Assembly (NCBI GenBank): GCA_017938365.1
Contig: JAGBBT010000094.1
Coordinates: 100,509-164,508, forward strand
Direction of reading: 5' to 3'
DNA length: 64,000 nt
From: Treponema sp.
Lineage (GTDB): Bacteria; Spirochaetota; Spirochaetia; Treponematales; Treponemataceae
Shown piece after piece: positions 29,381-40,225 of the stretch (position 1 is the first letter of the stretch; each line of letters begins with the position of its first letter). The notes below the pieces were generated by a model. The model was not told the DNA's origin and made no database searches. It saw only the letters and a program-made list of their open reading frames with translations. The position numbers were made by a program, and so were the translations under genes.

Positions 29381-30535
29381 ATGAAAACGACAGTTGCAAA
29401 AATATATATAAATAATTTTAAACATAATATTAATCAGATAAAATCTTTATTAAAACCTAATGTAAAAATTTGTGTAGCTGTTAAAGCTGATGCTTACGGT
29501 CATGGAGCTATTAGATGTGCAAAAGAGGCTGTTGCATTAGGAGTTGATTTTCTTGCTGTTGCAAGGGTTAGTGAAGGTATTGAATTAAGGGAAGCGGGAA
29601 TAAATGTACCAATTCTTTTATTAAGTTTATGTAACCCAAATGAGTATTCTGATTTAATAAAGTACAAAATTACACCTTTTGTTTTTGATGAACAATATAT
29701 TTTAGGAATATCAGAAGCTGTAAAGAATGCTAAACAGAGTAGTTTTAATGTTCATTTAGCTATTGATACTGGAATGGGAAGAATTGGGTGTAATCCAAGT
29801 GATGCTGCAAAATTGGCAAAATTTATTATTTCTACGGGAAATTTAAAATTGGAAGGAGTTGCTAGTCATTGTTCTGTTGCAGATTCTGATACAGAAGATG
29901 ATAAAACCTATACAAAAAAACAATTTGATTTGTTTAATTCCGCTGTAGAAAGTATAAAAAATGCAGGAATTGATCCTGGTATAAGACATATTTCAAATTC
30001 TGCTGTAGCAATAAATAATCCAGAAATGCAGTTAGATATGATTCGCCCCGGAATAATTGTATATGGATATTATCCTGGAGATTTTAACAAAGATTATTTT
30101 ATAAAAAGGAATGTTAACATTGAGCTTTTACCTGTAATGGCTTTATGTACAAAACTATGTTCAATAAGGAAGTGCGAAAAAGGAAAAGCAATTTCTTATG
30201 GAAGAACTTTTGTAACTCAATCAGAAACAAATATTGGTGTGTTGCCAATTGGTTATGCAGATGGAATGCTTAGGAGTTTCTTAAAAGCAAATATTTTTGT
30301 TTCTATAAATAAAAATGCTTATCCGTTATGTGGTCGAATTTGTATGGATCAATGTATGATTGATTTAGGACCTAATGTTGATGTTAATAGATGGGATGAA
30401 GTTATTATTTTTGGTCCAAAAAATAAAGGTGCAAAACAAACTGCACAAGAAATTGCAGACGCAACAGGAACCATTTCGTATGAAATTACTTGTGGAATTT
30501 CAAAAAGAGTAGAAAGGATATACATAGAAGATTAA
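29381..30535 (+). CDS. alr: Alanine racemase
   Basis: AVKADAYGHG, DTGMGRIG, RPGIIVYG, GYADG, GRICMDQ. Confidence 0.96.
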   Translation: MKTTVAKIYINNFKHNINQIKSLLKPNVKICVAVKADAYGHGAIRCAKEAVALGVDFLAVARVSEGIELREAGINVPILLLSLCNPNEYSDLIKYKITPFVFDEQYILGISEAVKNAKQSSFNVHLAIDTGMGRIGCNPSDAAKLAKFIISTGNLKLEGVASHCSVADSDTEDDKTYTKKQFDLFNSAVESIKNAGIDPGIRHISNSAVAINNPEMQLDMIRPGIIVYGYYPGDFNKDYFIKRNVNIELLPVMALCTKLCSIRKCEKGKAISYGRTFVTQSETNIGVLPIGYADGMLRSFLKANIFVSINKNAYPLCGRICMDQCMIDLGPNVDVNRWDEVIIFGPKNKGAKQTAQEIADATGTISYEITCGISKRVERIYIED

Positions 30536-31869
30536 AGAGAATCAATATATTTTTTTACTTCACTTACAAGGTAAAAAGAGCCAGTAACTAGTAATGGAAG
30601 TCTTTTATTCTTTGCTTCTGAAATAGCCAATTCTATCTGCTTTTTAAAATCTTCATCAGAATTGAATTTTATTTTTTGTTGATTAAAAGCTTCTTCTAGT
30701 TTTTTTAAGTTTGATTGTTTTATATTTCCTGGAATTGTTAAATAAACTTTAAAGTTATCGCTAAAAGCTTTTGAAATTTCGTTTACATCTTTATCTGCTG
30801 CACAGGCAAACAATAAAACTGATTCTTCCGAATTAAAATATTGCTTAAATGTTTTAAGGGTGTGTTTTACACTGTTTACGGTGTGAGCTCCGTCTAAAAT
30901 TATTGTAGGAAGTTTTTTATTGGACTGTTCTAAGTTTATTATTTCAAACCTTCCTGGTAATTTAGCTTTTAAAAGTCCTTGTTCTATTATTTTGTTTGAA
31001 ATTGTAGGTATTAGTTTTTTTACTGTAAACGCCGCAATTGCTGCATTTTCTGCTTGAAAATCACCTAATAGTTTCATATCTGTAATAATTGGTGAATCAA
31101 AAATATCTGATTTTAGGCTTATAGAAAATGTAGGTGTATGATTTTCTGAACAGTTTAACACTGAATATTCACTTTTAATTTCGTTAAAAACTTCATCAAT
31201 AAAGTATATTGGAGCATTTTTTTCATTTGCAATTTTTCTGAATACTTCTTTTACAGATTCTGGCTGTCTTGCCACAATAACAGGTGTGTTTTCTTTTATT
31301 ATTCCAGCTTTTTCCGTTGCTATTTTTTCTAATGTATTTCCTAAAAATTCAGTATGTTCTAATTCAATTGTGCTAATACAACAAAGCTCTGGTTTTATAA
31401 TATTTGTTGCATCAAGTCGTCCTCCCAACCCAACTTCAAATATTCCGTAATCAACTTTTGCAAGTTTAAAGCATACAAAGGAATATAAGGTAACTAATTC
31501 AAACCAAGTAATAGGTCTTTCTTTTGTAATTGAATTTATATTATTGTTTATAACATTTTTGATTATGTTTGCAGCATTTTCATATATTTCAGAGGAAAAG
31601 AGTTTCTGATTATTTGAAATTCTTTCGTGAAAATTAATTATATGTGGTGATGTATATAATCCTGTAGAAAAGCCAGCTTCTGTTAAAATTGAAGATATCA
31701 TTGCAGAAATTGAGCCTTTTCCTTTTGAACCGGCAATATGAATTGTTGGGTAACTTTTTTCTGGATTGTTTAATTTTTCACTAAGAAAAGCCATAGTGTC
31801 TAACCAAAATATATTTTTTTGCGGCAATTTTTCAAAGTTTAAGAATTGATTTAACCATTGTTCAAACAT
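30532..31869 (-). CDS. folC: Folylpolyglutamate/dihydrofolate synthase
   Basis: HIAGSKGKGS, YTSPH, EVGLGGRLDATN, LDGAHT, TGSFYLV. Confidence 0.94.
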   Translation of the reverse strand: MFEQWLNQFLNFEKLPQKNIFWLDTMAFLSEKLNNPEKSYPTIHIAGSKGKGSISAMISSILTEAGFSTGLYTSPHIINFHERISNNQKLFSSEIYENAANIIKNVINNNINSITKERPITWFELVTLYSFVCFKLAKVDYGIFEVGLGGRLDATNIIKPELCCISTIELEHTEFLGNTLEKIATEKAGIIKENTPVIVARQPESVKEVFRKIANEKNAPIYFIDEVFNEIKSEYSVLNCSENHTPTFSISLKSDIFDSPIITDMKLLGDFQAENAAIAAFTVKKLIPTISNKIIEQGLLKAKLPGRFEIINLEQSNKKLPTIILDGAHTVNSVKHTLKTFKQYFNSEESVLLFACAADKDVNEISKAFSDNFKVYLTIPGNIKQSNLKKLEEAFNQQKIKFNSDEDFKKQIELAISEAKNKRLPLLVTGSFYLVSEVKKYIDSL

Positions 31870-31962
31870 AAATGCATTATATAATTTTTGTAATTGTCGA
31901 AACAACTCTAATTTGGTAAAGTGTATTTAAACTTTTTAGATATTTTTGATTAGGAATAGAAA

Positions 31963-33045
31963 ATGGATAATGTAGAGAATAATGCAGATAAGATTTTAGC
32001 AGAGGCTATTCGACAAAGTAACAAAATAGAAGAAGATATAAAAATAAATCCTGGAAAATATAGAGTATTAACAGGAGATAGACCTACAGGTAGGTTACAT
32101 ATTGGTCATTATTTTGGTTCATTAAAAAATAGGGTTAGATTGTCAAAGTTGGGTGTACCAACAATGATTTTGATTGCTGATTATCAGGTTTTAACAGATC
32201 ATGATGCTTTTGATAAAATCAGTCAAAATACAAAACAACTTGTAATTGATTATTTAGCAGCTGGTATTGAGCCAAACGAAAATGTAATTATTTATCCACA
32301 CAGTCACGTTCCAGAAGCAAATCAACTTATGGTACCTTTTTTAACACTTGTTTCTAATTCTGAGTTAAATAGAAATCCAACTGTTAAGGATGAAATTCAA
32401 AAGTCTGAAATGAGTGTAATTAATGCAGGTATGTATACATATCCAGTTCATCAAGCAGTGGATATTTTATTTTGTAAAGGAAATGTTGTTCCTGTTGGTA
32501 AAGATCAGTTACCTCATCTTGAAATCGCTAGAACAATTGCAAAACGATTTAATAAGAAATTTTGTCCTGACAATCCATTATTTCCAGAACCTCACGCATT
32601 ACTATCAAAAACTCCTATGATTTTAGGACTTGATGGAAGTGCAAAAATGAGTAAAAGTCTCGGAAATGCAATTATGCTGAGTGCAACAGAAGACGAAACA
32701 GCAAAAGCTATTAGTAGAGCCAAGACTGATCAAGAAAGATTTATAACTTATGATCCAGAAAATAGACCAGAAGTAGCAAACCTTTTAAGATTAATTTCTT
32801 TATGTTCTAACAATACACCAGAATCTATTGCTGAACAGATTGGTAATGGTGGCGGAAAAATGTTAAAAGATATGCTTACAGAGGCCTTAAATACAGAATT
32901 AAGACCTTTAAGAGAAAAAAGAGCCCAATTAGAAGATAATATGGATTATATAAAAAAGATATTAAATAACGGTGTTGAACAGGCACGGGAAATTGCAGAA
33001 AGAACACTAAAAGAAGTTCGTTGTGTAATGAATATGGAAATTTAA
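31963..33045 (+). CDS. trpS: Tryptophan--tRNA ligase
   Basis: TGDRPTGRLHIGH, VPVGKDQLPH, KMSKS. Confidence 0.96.
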   Translation: MDNVENNADKILAEAIRQSNKIEEDIKINPGKYRVLTGDRPTGRLHIGHYFGSLKNRVRLSKLGVPTMILIADYQVLTDHDAFDKISQNTKQLVIDYLAAGIEPNENVIIYPHSHVPEANQLMVPFLTLVSNSELNRNPTVKDEIQKSEMSVINAGMYTYPVHQAVDILFCKGNVVPVGKDQLPHLEIARTIAKRFNKKFCPDNPLFPEPHALLSKTPMILGLDGSAKMSKSLGNAIMLSATEDETAKAISRAKTDQERFITYDPENRPEVANLLRLISLCSNNTPESIAEQIGNGGGKMLKDMLTEALNTELRPLREKRAQLEDNMDYIKKILNNGVEQAREIAERTLKEVRCVMNMEI

Positions 33046-33057
33046 CAAGGATTTGCT

Positions 33058-35961
33058 TTGAAAATCAATAAAGTTCATGGTGAAAAAATCCTTATACAAG
33101 GTGCAAGAGAACATAACTTAAAAAATATAAATGTTGAGATTCCTCGAGATAAACTTGTTGTAATTAGTGGACTTTCAGGTAGTGGTAAGTCTTCTTTGGC
33201 TTTTGATACCTTATTTGCAGAAGGTCAAAGGCGTTACATGGAAAGTCTTTCTAGTTATGCAAGACAATTTTTAGGTAGCATGGATAAACCTGATGTAGAT
33301 CTTATAGAAGGGTTGAGTCCTGCTATTTCTATTGAACAAAAAACAACTCATAACAATCCCAGATCAACCGTTGGAACTGTAACAGAAATTTACGATTATT
33401 ATAGGCTTTTATTTGCTAGAATAGGGCATCCTCATTGTCCAGAATGTGGTAGAGAAATAAAGGAACAATCTATAGATCAGATTATTGATTCTATTATGGA
33501 ATTTGGAGAAAATTCTAAACTTTCTCTTTTGGCACCAATAGTACGAGGAAAAAAAGGTGAACATCAAAAGATTATTGAAGATGCAAGAAATTTAGGATTT
33601 GTTCGTGCAAGAATAGACGGATTAACAGTTGATTTAGATGATTCAATAAAACTTGATAAACAAAAAAAACACACTATAGAAATAATAGTTGATAGAATTG
33701 TTTTAAGAAACGATATTAGAAAGCGATTAGCTGAAAGTGTAGAATCAGCGTTGTCAATTTCAAATGGAATGCTTGTTGTTTTACTTAGAGTTGAAGATAG
33801 TAGTAGCGAAAAAGGTTGGCGTGAAGAAGAAATCTTTTTTAGTCAGCAAAATGCATGCCCTGATTGTGGTATAAGTATTCCTGAATTACAACCACGTTTA
33901 TTTTCATTTAATAATCCTTTTGGAGCTTGTCCTGAATGTACTGGATTAGGCGAAAAAATGGAATGGGACAATAAAAAAATATTACCTGATGAGAATTTGT
34001 CTTTTAATCAGGGAGCCTTTCCTTTTTATAATCCTGAAAGTGAATGGAATAGATCTTTATTTACGGCCGTATCAGAAACAGGTAATTTTTCTCTTGATAC
34101 TCCAATAAAAGATTTAACAAAAAAACAAAGAGATTTTCTTATTAACGGTGATGATTCTAAAATAATGCATTGGGTTTACAAAAAACAAAGTGGGGAAGGT
34201 TATAGTGAATATAATCGTCCTTGGATTGGAATCCTTGCTGATATGAAACGTAGACATTCTGAGGCTTGGGGAGATGCTCAAAGAATCAGGATTGAAGAAA
34301 AATATATGTCTGTTTCAAATTGTTCAACTTGTAATGGTTTAAGACTTAGAAAAGAAGCTTTAGGAGTGACGATATCTAACAAAAATATTATAGAACTTTG
34401 TTCTTTAAGTGTTGAAGAATCCTTAAAGTTTTTTAATGCATTAGAACTTTCTGAAACTGAACAGTTAATAGCTACTCAAATTTTAAAAGAAATAAAATCT
34501 AGATTAAACTTTTTGAAAAATGTAGGGTTAGACTATTTAACTCTTGAAAGAAGTGCAGGAACCTTATCAGGTGGTGAAGCTCAAAGAATTAGATTAGCAA
34601 CACAAATAGGATCCGGGCTAACTGGTGTAATGTATATATTAGATGAACCAAGTATAGGTTTACATCAAAGAGATAATCAACGATTAATAGACACTTTGAT
34701 ACATCTTCGTGATTTGAAAAATACAGTAATAGTTGTAGAACATGATGAACAAACATTAAAAACAGCTGATTGGGTTGTTGATATTGGACCTGGTGCAGGC
34801 GTGAATGGTGGACATGTTGTTGCATCTGGAACTCCAGAACAAATTATGAATATACAAGAAAGTTTAACTGGACAGTATTTATCTGGAAAACTTTTTATGC
34901 CCCTCCCTAAAGAAAGAAGAATTGGAAATGGTATGTTTATATCCATAAACGGCGTTAAAGAGCATAATTTAAAAAATATTAGTGTAAAAATTCCCTTAGG
35001 AACATTTACTTGTATAACAGGGGTTAGTGGTAGTGGAAAGTCAACTCTTTTAAGTGATGTTTTTTATCCTGTTGTTAGTAATACATTAATGCATACAAAT
35101 TATAAAATTGGTGAATATGATTCTATCGAGGGAATAGAATATATTGATAAAGTTATAAATATTGATCAAAGTCCAATTGGAAGAACTCCAAGAAGTAATC
35201 CTGTTACTTATGTTGGTGTTTTTGACGCAATTCGAGATTTATATGCTTCTCTTCCTGAAAGTAAAGCAAAAGGATATAAGTCAGGCAGATTTAGTTTTAA
35301 TGTAAAAGGTGGAAGATGCGAACACTGTCAAGGTGCAGGTACAATTACAATTGAAATGAATTTTCTCCCAGATGTTTTTATTCAATGTGATGTATGTCAT
35401 GGTCATAGATTTAATTCAGAGACTTTAGATGTATTTTATAAAGGCAAGAATATAAGTGATGTTCTTAATATGACTATAGAAGAAGCTTGCGATTTCTTTT
35501 CATCTATTCCTCATATTAGTAGAAAATTGGAAACATTAAAATCTGTCGGATTAGGCTACATTCAACTTGGACAAAGTGCTTTAACTCTTTCTGGAGGAGA
35601 AGCTCAGAGAGTAAAACTTGCTACAGAACTTTCTAGACCATCGACAGGTAAGACCTTATATATTCTTGACGAACCTACTACTGGATTACATTTTGCAGAT
35701 GTAAAAATCTTAATGGAGGTTATTCAACGACTTGTTGATAAGGGAAATTCAATTGTGATGATAGAACATAACCTTGATGTGATTTCTCAGGCTGATTATA
35801 TAATTGATTTAGGTCCTGAAGGAGGATGCAACGGAGGTTCTATTGTTGATATGGGAACACCAGAAGAAGTAGCTTCACGTTGGAATAAAACAGGCTCTTA
35901 TACAGGTCAATTTATTGCAGAGCAAATAGAAATTTCAAAACAGAGAGAAAAAAATTGTTAA
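33058..35961 (+). CDS. uvrA: Excinuclease ABC subunit A
   Basis: GAREHNLKN, two Walker A motifs, LSGGEAQR twice, zinc fingers. Confidence 0.98.
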   Translation: MKINKVHGEKILIQGAREHNLKNINVEIPRDKLVVISGLSGSGKSSLAFDTLFAEGQRRYMESLSSYARQFLGSMDKPDVDLIEGLSPAISIEQKTTHNNPRSTVGTVTEIYDYYRLLFARIGHPHCPECGREIKEQSIDQIIDSIMEFGENSKLSLLAPIVRGKKGEHQKIIEDARNLGFVRARIDGLTVDLDDSIKLDKQKKHTIEIIVDRIVLRNDIRKRLAESVESALSISNGMLVVLLRVEDSSSEKGWREEEIFFSQQNACPDCGISIPELQPRLFSFNNPFGACPECTGLGEKMEWDNKKILPDENLSFNQGAFPFYNPESEWNRSLFTAVSETGNFSLDTPIKDLTKKQRDFLINGDDSKIMHWVYKKQSGEGYSEYNRPWIGILADMKRRHSEAWGDAQRIRIEEKYMSVSNCSTCNGLRLRKEALGVTISNKNIIELCSLSVEESLKFFNALELSETEQLIATQILKEIKSRLNFLKNVGLDYLTLERSAGTLSGGEAQRIRLATQIGSGLTGVMYILDEPSIGLHQRDNQRLIDTLIHLRDLKNTVIVVEHDEQTLKTADWVVDIGPGAGVNGGHVVASGTPEQIMNIQESLTGQYLSGKLFMPLPKERRIGNGMFISINGVKEHNLKNISVKIPLGTFTCITGVSGSGKSTLLSDVFYPVVSNTLMHTNYKIGEYDSIEGIEYIDKVINIDQSPIGRTPRSNPVTYVGVFDAIRDLYASLPESKAKGYKSGRFSFNVKGGRCEHCQGAGTITIEMNFLPDVFIQCDVCHGHRFNSETLDVFYKGKNISDVLNMTIEEACDFFSSIPHISRKLETLKSVGLGYIQLGQSALTLSGGEAQRVKLATELSRPSTGKTLYILDEPTTGLHFADVKILMEVIQRLVDKGNSIVMIEHNLDVISQADYIIDLGPEGGCNGGSIVDMGTPEEVASRWNKTGSYTGQFIAEQIEISKQREKNC

Positions 35962-38900
35962 AAAAAATAAAATATAAAATATTAACTATTTTATTTTCTC
36001 TTTTATTTTTTTTTGACGGATTAGTTTTTTTTGCTCAGGAACAAAAGACCTCAAAAATAGAAACTTCTATTATTAACATAGAAAGTGCTCACAAATCAGA
36101 ATATAAAAAAGATCCTGTTAATGATGGTGATTGTATTTTACTCAATGGAGAAGTAAAAATTTCAGTTACAAAAGGAAGTAATAAAACAACAATATATGCT
36201 GATTTTGTAAATTATAATCGCTCTACAGAAATGCTTTATGCAGAAGGAAATGTTATTCTGGAACAAACATCAGGTGGTTCTCAGGGTGGCGAAAGTATTA
36301 CGGCAAATAGTTTATTATTTAATACATCTACATTAGAAGGTGTTTTTGACAATGGAAGGGCTGTTCAAACTTCAAGTGATGCAATAAATCTTCCAAGTGG
36401 TTCAACACTGATTGTTGCTTCAAATATATTTGGTCGTGATTCTAGTGGAACTATTGCATTTAAATCAGGAGAGTTGACATTTTGTGATGATGAAAACCCT
36501 CATTGGAAGATAAAGGCTAGCAGAATTTGGCTTCTTCCTGGTGGGGAATTTGCATTTTTTAATGCGTTATTATATGTCGGAAGAGTTCCTTTAATGTATT
36601 TTCCTGCATTTTATTATCCAAAAGATGAGTTGATATTTAATCCTGCAATTGGATATAAATTTAGGGAAGGATATTTTATAAACACCACAACCTATTTATA
36701 CGGAAGAAAACCTATAGACGCTGCTTCTACAAGTGATAATTCAGAAGCTGCTGATGATGATAAAATCGATTTTTTCAGCTTTATGAAACCAACAACTTTA
36801 AAAGAACAAGTTCGAGAAGGTTTGATTCTTCATAATTTGGATGAAGATTATAATGGTGATACAACAAATCATGTTAAAATCATGGCTGACTATTATTCAA
36901 ATTTAGGAGCTATGATTGGTGGTGATGTTGTTATTAAACCTAAGAACATTTTTAGTTTGCTTGAAGCGAATTTAGAATTAGGTTTTAGTAATACGCTTTT
37001 CAAACGAAATGGAGAATATTTACCATTTAATTCAAAAGGTAAAAAAGTTTCAGATTCTTCAAATTTTATGACATTAGATTTACCTTTCCGTTATCAAGCA
37101 AATTTTAAGTTTGCTATATCAAAACCTCTGAATTTAACTATTGATATTCCAATATATTCTGATCCTTATTTTGATTATGATTTTAATTCTCGTGCAGAAA
37201 CAATGGACTGGATTGATTTTTTAATGTCTGGTACAGAAAAAGATGATGATGAAGATGATATTTCAACAATAACTTCTTTTTCATGGAAGTTAAATGGTTC
37301 TTATACATTTAAAATACCTGAGTTTCTTAATCCATTTATTACTAGTTTGTCAATTTCGAATTTCTCTTCATCTATTGATTTTTCTTCTAAATCAAATGAT
37401 ACGCTTAGCGAGCGTGATGAATTTAAAGATGATTCATCTTGGAGACAATATACACCTGAAAGACATTTTTATTACCCAAATCAAATTACTCCAATAAAAA
37501 TTTCTGGAAGAATTGCAGGAACCTTATTTCAATATCCTAGCATAGAAAAAAAATCATCTGTTCAAGTCTCAAAAATTAATCTTATACCACCGAAATCTAT
37601 TGATTCTCTTGAAGATTCTACAAAGAATGTTGAAGAAGTAATTAATTCAGAAACTGACTTAGAACCAATTGAAAAACCAGAAACTGATGTTGATAATTTT
37701 GCTTTACCAGAGTCCGCATTACCTCTATTGTCAGGAGGGATGAATTCTGTAAAAAATTTAACTACAGTTTCTTATAAATTAGGTTATTCAATTGCTCCTG
37801 ATTTTTTAACACAATTCTCTTATTCTTCATCAAACATAAAGTCTCCAGAGGATTTTGTTTGGAGTGATTTTCAATCAACTTATATACAGACAAAAGCTCC
37901 TTCAACATTAACAAGTACATTAAAAATTAAGGATAATTTTTTATCTTTAACAGATACTTTTAATTTTAATCCAGTTTATCAGCGTCATCCTTATTTAAAA
38001 ACAGATACAAATGATGGTGGATATTCAGAATCTAGTGCCGCTTCAATTAAAAAAGCAGACTATAATGCCCGTAAATTAGATTTAACAAATGTAAATTCCT
38101 TATCTATAAAGCCTTTTTATTATACTGATTATTTTTCGGGAACAGCATTAACATGGAATACAACATTAAAAATGATTAGAACTAAATATATAAGTGAAGA
38201 TGTTGAAAATCCTGAATGGGAGTATTTGACCACAGATATTTGGGATGATGAAAGTTTTACTGTTCATAATTTAAATTTTGTTTTCGCTGCTAAAGAAGGT
38301 GATTTTTCTCAAGAATTGTCTTTAACAACAACTCTTCCACCTCAAATTGATGAATATAGGGGTGTTTTAACACTGAAATTTCCATTTACGACATTTTCTG
38401 TAGGAACTGGAATTAAACAGAAAAGTAAAGATGATAAAGATTGGGAAAAACAGGATTTATCACAGTCTTTTTCTATAAATCTATTTGAGAATAAATTAAA
38501 ATTAACTCAATCATTCGTTTTTGATTTAGAAGAATGGTATAAAGATTCATTTAGACTTTCTGTAAGCGGTTATGGAATGCAGTTTGCTTATACTATGTCA
38601 TATGTTTTAGGTTATGATTTTAACAGTGATACAGGTTGGAAAATTAAGACAGAGAAGGAATTTCAGCCTTATACAGCAAGTTTTGCATATACTTCTGGTT
38701 CTAAAAATTTTAAATATTGGTCAGAAAAAATTTCTTTTACTCCAACCTTATCAACTAGTATTGTTTATGATTGTTTAAGACCAACAAACTCATATTTTAA
38801 ATTTATTCCAGGTATAACATTTAAAGTAAATAATTTTATTGATATTTCATTTTCTTCAGAATCAAGAAATGATGTTATTTATAGATATTTTCAAGATGTT

Positions 38901-39215
38901 TTTGGAGGAAGTGCAAAGTTAGCAGGAGAAACAAATCCTGTAAAAGATTTGTTTAATTCATTTAAATTTGATGATGAAACTGCAAGAAGAAATAGTGGTT
39001 TTAAATTGAAAAGTTTAAATGTGAAGATAACTCATGATTTGGATGACTGGGATTTAAATTGTGAATTTTCAATAAAACCAAGGCTTATTACAGATACAGC
39101 TCAAAAATATTATGATTTCAGTCCTTATTTTTCTATTAGTGTTTCTTGGAGACCAATGGCAAGTATGAAGACTGAAATTGTAGATGAATATGGAGAATGG
39201 CAATTGAATCCTTAA
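35955..39215 (+). CDS. lptD: LptD-like outer-membrane assembly protein (spirochaete type)
   Basis: Signal peptide, OstA-like beta-jellyroll (LYAEGNVIL, TFCDDENPHWKIKASRIWL), large C-terminal barrel. Confidence 0.75.
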   Translation: MLKKIKYKILTILFSLLFFFDGLVFFAQEQKTSKIETSIINIESAHKSEYKKDPVNDGDCILLNGEVKISVTKGSNKTTIYADFVNYNRSTEMLYAEGNVILEQTSGGSQGGESITANSLLFNTSTLEGVFDNGRAVQTSSDAINLPSGSTLIVASNIFGRDSSGTIAFKSGELTFCDDENPHWKIKASRIWLLPGGEFAFFNALLYVGRVPLMYFPAFYYPKDELIFNPAIGYKFREGYFINTTTYLYGRKPIDAASTSDNSEAADDDKIDFFSFMKPTTLKEQVREGLILHNLDEDYNGDTTNHVKIMADYYSNLGAMIGGDVVIKPKNIFSLLEANLELGFSNTLFKRNGEYLPFNSKGKKVSDSSNFMTLDLPFRYQANFKFAISKPLNLTIDIPIYSDPYFDYDFNSRAETMDWIDFLMSGTEKDDDEDDISTITSFSWKLNGSYTFKIPEFLNPFITSLSISNFSSSIDFSSKSNDTLSERDEFKDDSSWRQYTPERHFYYPNQITPIKISGRIAGTLFQYPSIEKKSSVQVSKINLIPPKSIDSLEDSTKNVEEVINSETDLEPIEKPETDVDNFALPESALPLLSGGMNSVKNLTTVSYKLGYSIAPDFLTQFSYSSSNIKSPEDFVWSDFQSTYIQTKAPSTLTSTLKIKDNFLSLTDTFNFNPVYQRHPYLKTDTNDGGYSESSAASIKKADYNARKLDLTNVNSLSIKPFYYTDYFSGTALTWNTTLKMIRTKYISEDVENPEWEYLTTDIWDDESFTVHNLNFVFAAKEGDFSQELSLTTTLPPQIDEYRGVLTLKFPFTTFSVGTGIKQKSKDDKDWEKQDLSQSFSINLFENKLKLTQSFVFDLEEWYKDSFRLSVSGYGMQFAYTMSYVLGYDFNSDTGWKIKTEKEFQPYTASFAYTSGSKNFKYWSEKISFTPTLSTSIVYDCLRPTNSYFKFIPGITFKVNNFIDISFSSESRNDVIYRYFQDVFGGSAKLAGETNPVKDLFNSFKFDDETARRNSGFKLKSLNVKITHDLDDWDLNCEFSIKPRLITDTAQKYYDFSPYFSISVSWRPMASMKTEIVDEYGEWQLNP

Positions 39216-40225
39216 ACGAAAACTTGCGTTTAGTTAAAATTGCCTATAGAATAGTAACATTGAATAACGAATATACGATTGTGCTAGCTGATAATTCAAT
39301 TTTAGCAAAAGTATGTGGCACTAATGACAGTAATTTAAAACTCATTGAAAAACATCTTGGTGTACCTGTTTTTACAAAAGGAAATGAAATTTCTATTTCG
39401 CAGGAAGATACTAGATTATGTCAGGAATTTAAGTTTATCATTGATCGGCTAATTGATGAAATAACAGAAGATTCCGCAAGTAGTTCAGAATTAATAGAAT
39501 CAATATTAAATACAGGTATTGAAAATCATTCAATAAATGAAGATTTTGATGCTGGCAGATATGCTATATCGATTCCAAATGGGAATAAACGTATTTATCC
39601 AAAAACAAAAAATCAAGCTATATTAGTCGATTCTTTTAGAAAAAATGATTTGGTTTTTGCTATTGGACCAGCAGGTAGTGGAAAGACTTTTCTGGCAGTA
39701 GCAGAAAGTTTACGATTGTTATTAAGTCATAAAGTTAATTCAATTATTTTAACGAGACCAATTGTAGAAGCCGGAGAAAGTTTAGGTTTTCTACCAGGAG
39801 ATTTGCAAGATAAAATTAATCCGTATTTAAGACCTTTATATGACTCAATGAATGCTTGTGTTCCGTCTGAAATTATAAAAAAATTGCAAGAAAACGGAAT
39901 TATCGAAGTAGCACCATTAGCATATATGAGAGGAAGATCTTTAAATAATGCGGCTATAATTCTTGATGAAGCTCAAAATACAACATGTGAACAAATGAAA
40001 ATGTTCTTAACAAGAATGGGAGAGAATTCAAAAGTTTTTATAACGGGAGATATTACTCAAATTGACCTTCCAAGAAAGATTCCATCAGGTTTAGTTCAGG
40101 CATTAAAAGTTTTGAATAAAATTTCAGAAATTAGTATTGTAGAACTAAACGGAAATGATGTAGTTCGTTCTTCGTTGGTAAAAAAAATTATACAGGCTTA
40201 TGAGAAAAATGAAACAGATGAATAA
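39197..40225 (+). CDS. phoH: PhoH family ATPase
   Basis: GPAGSGKT, LGFLPGDL, PLAYMRGRS, DEAQN, GDITQIDLP. Confidence 0.94.
   Translation: MAIESLNENLRLVKIAYRIVTLNNEYTIVLADNSILAKVCGTNDSNLKLIEKHLGVPVFTKGNEISISQEDTRLCQEFKFIIDRLIDEITEDSASSSELIESILNTGIENHSINEDFDAGRYAISIPNGNKRIYPKTKNQAILVDSFRKNDLVFAIGPAGSGKTFLAVAESLRLLLSHKVNSIILTRPIVEAGESLGFLPGDLQDKINPYLRPLYDSMNACVPSEIIKKLQENGIIEVAPLAYMRGRSLNNAAIILDEAQNTTCEQMKMFLTRMGENSKVFITGDITQIDLPRKIPSGLVQALKVLNKISEISIVELNGNDVVRSSLVKKIIQAYEKNETDE

Noticed and set aside
31870-31962. T-box or attenuator upstream of trpS
   Set aside because: Spacer is only 93 bp, shared with the divergent folC promoter, and has no T-box motif
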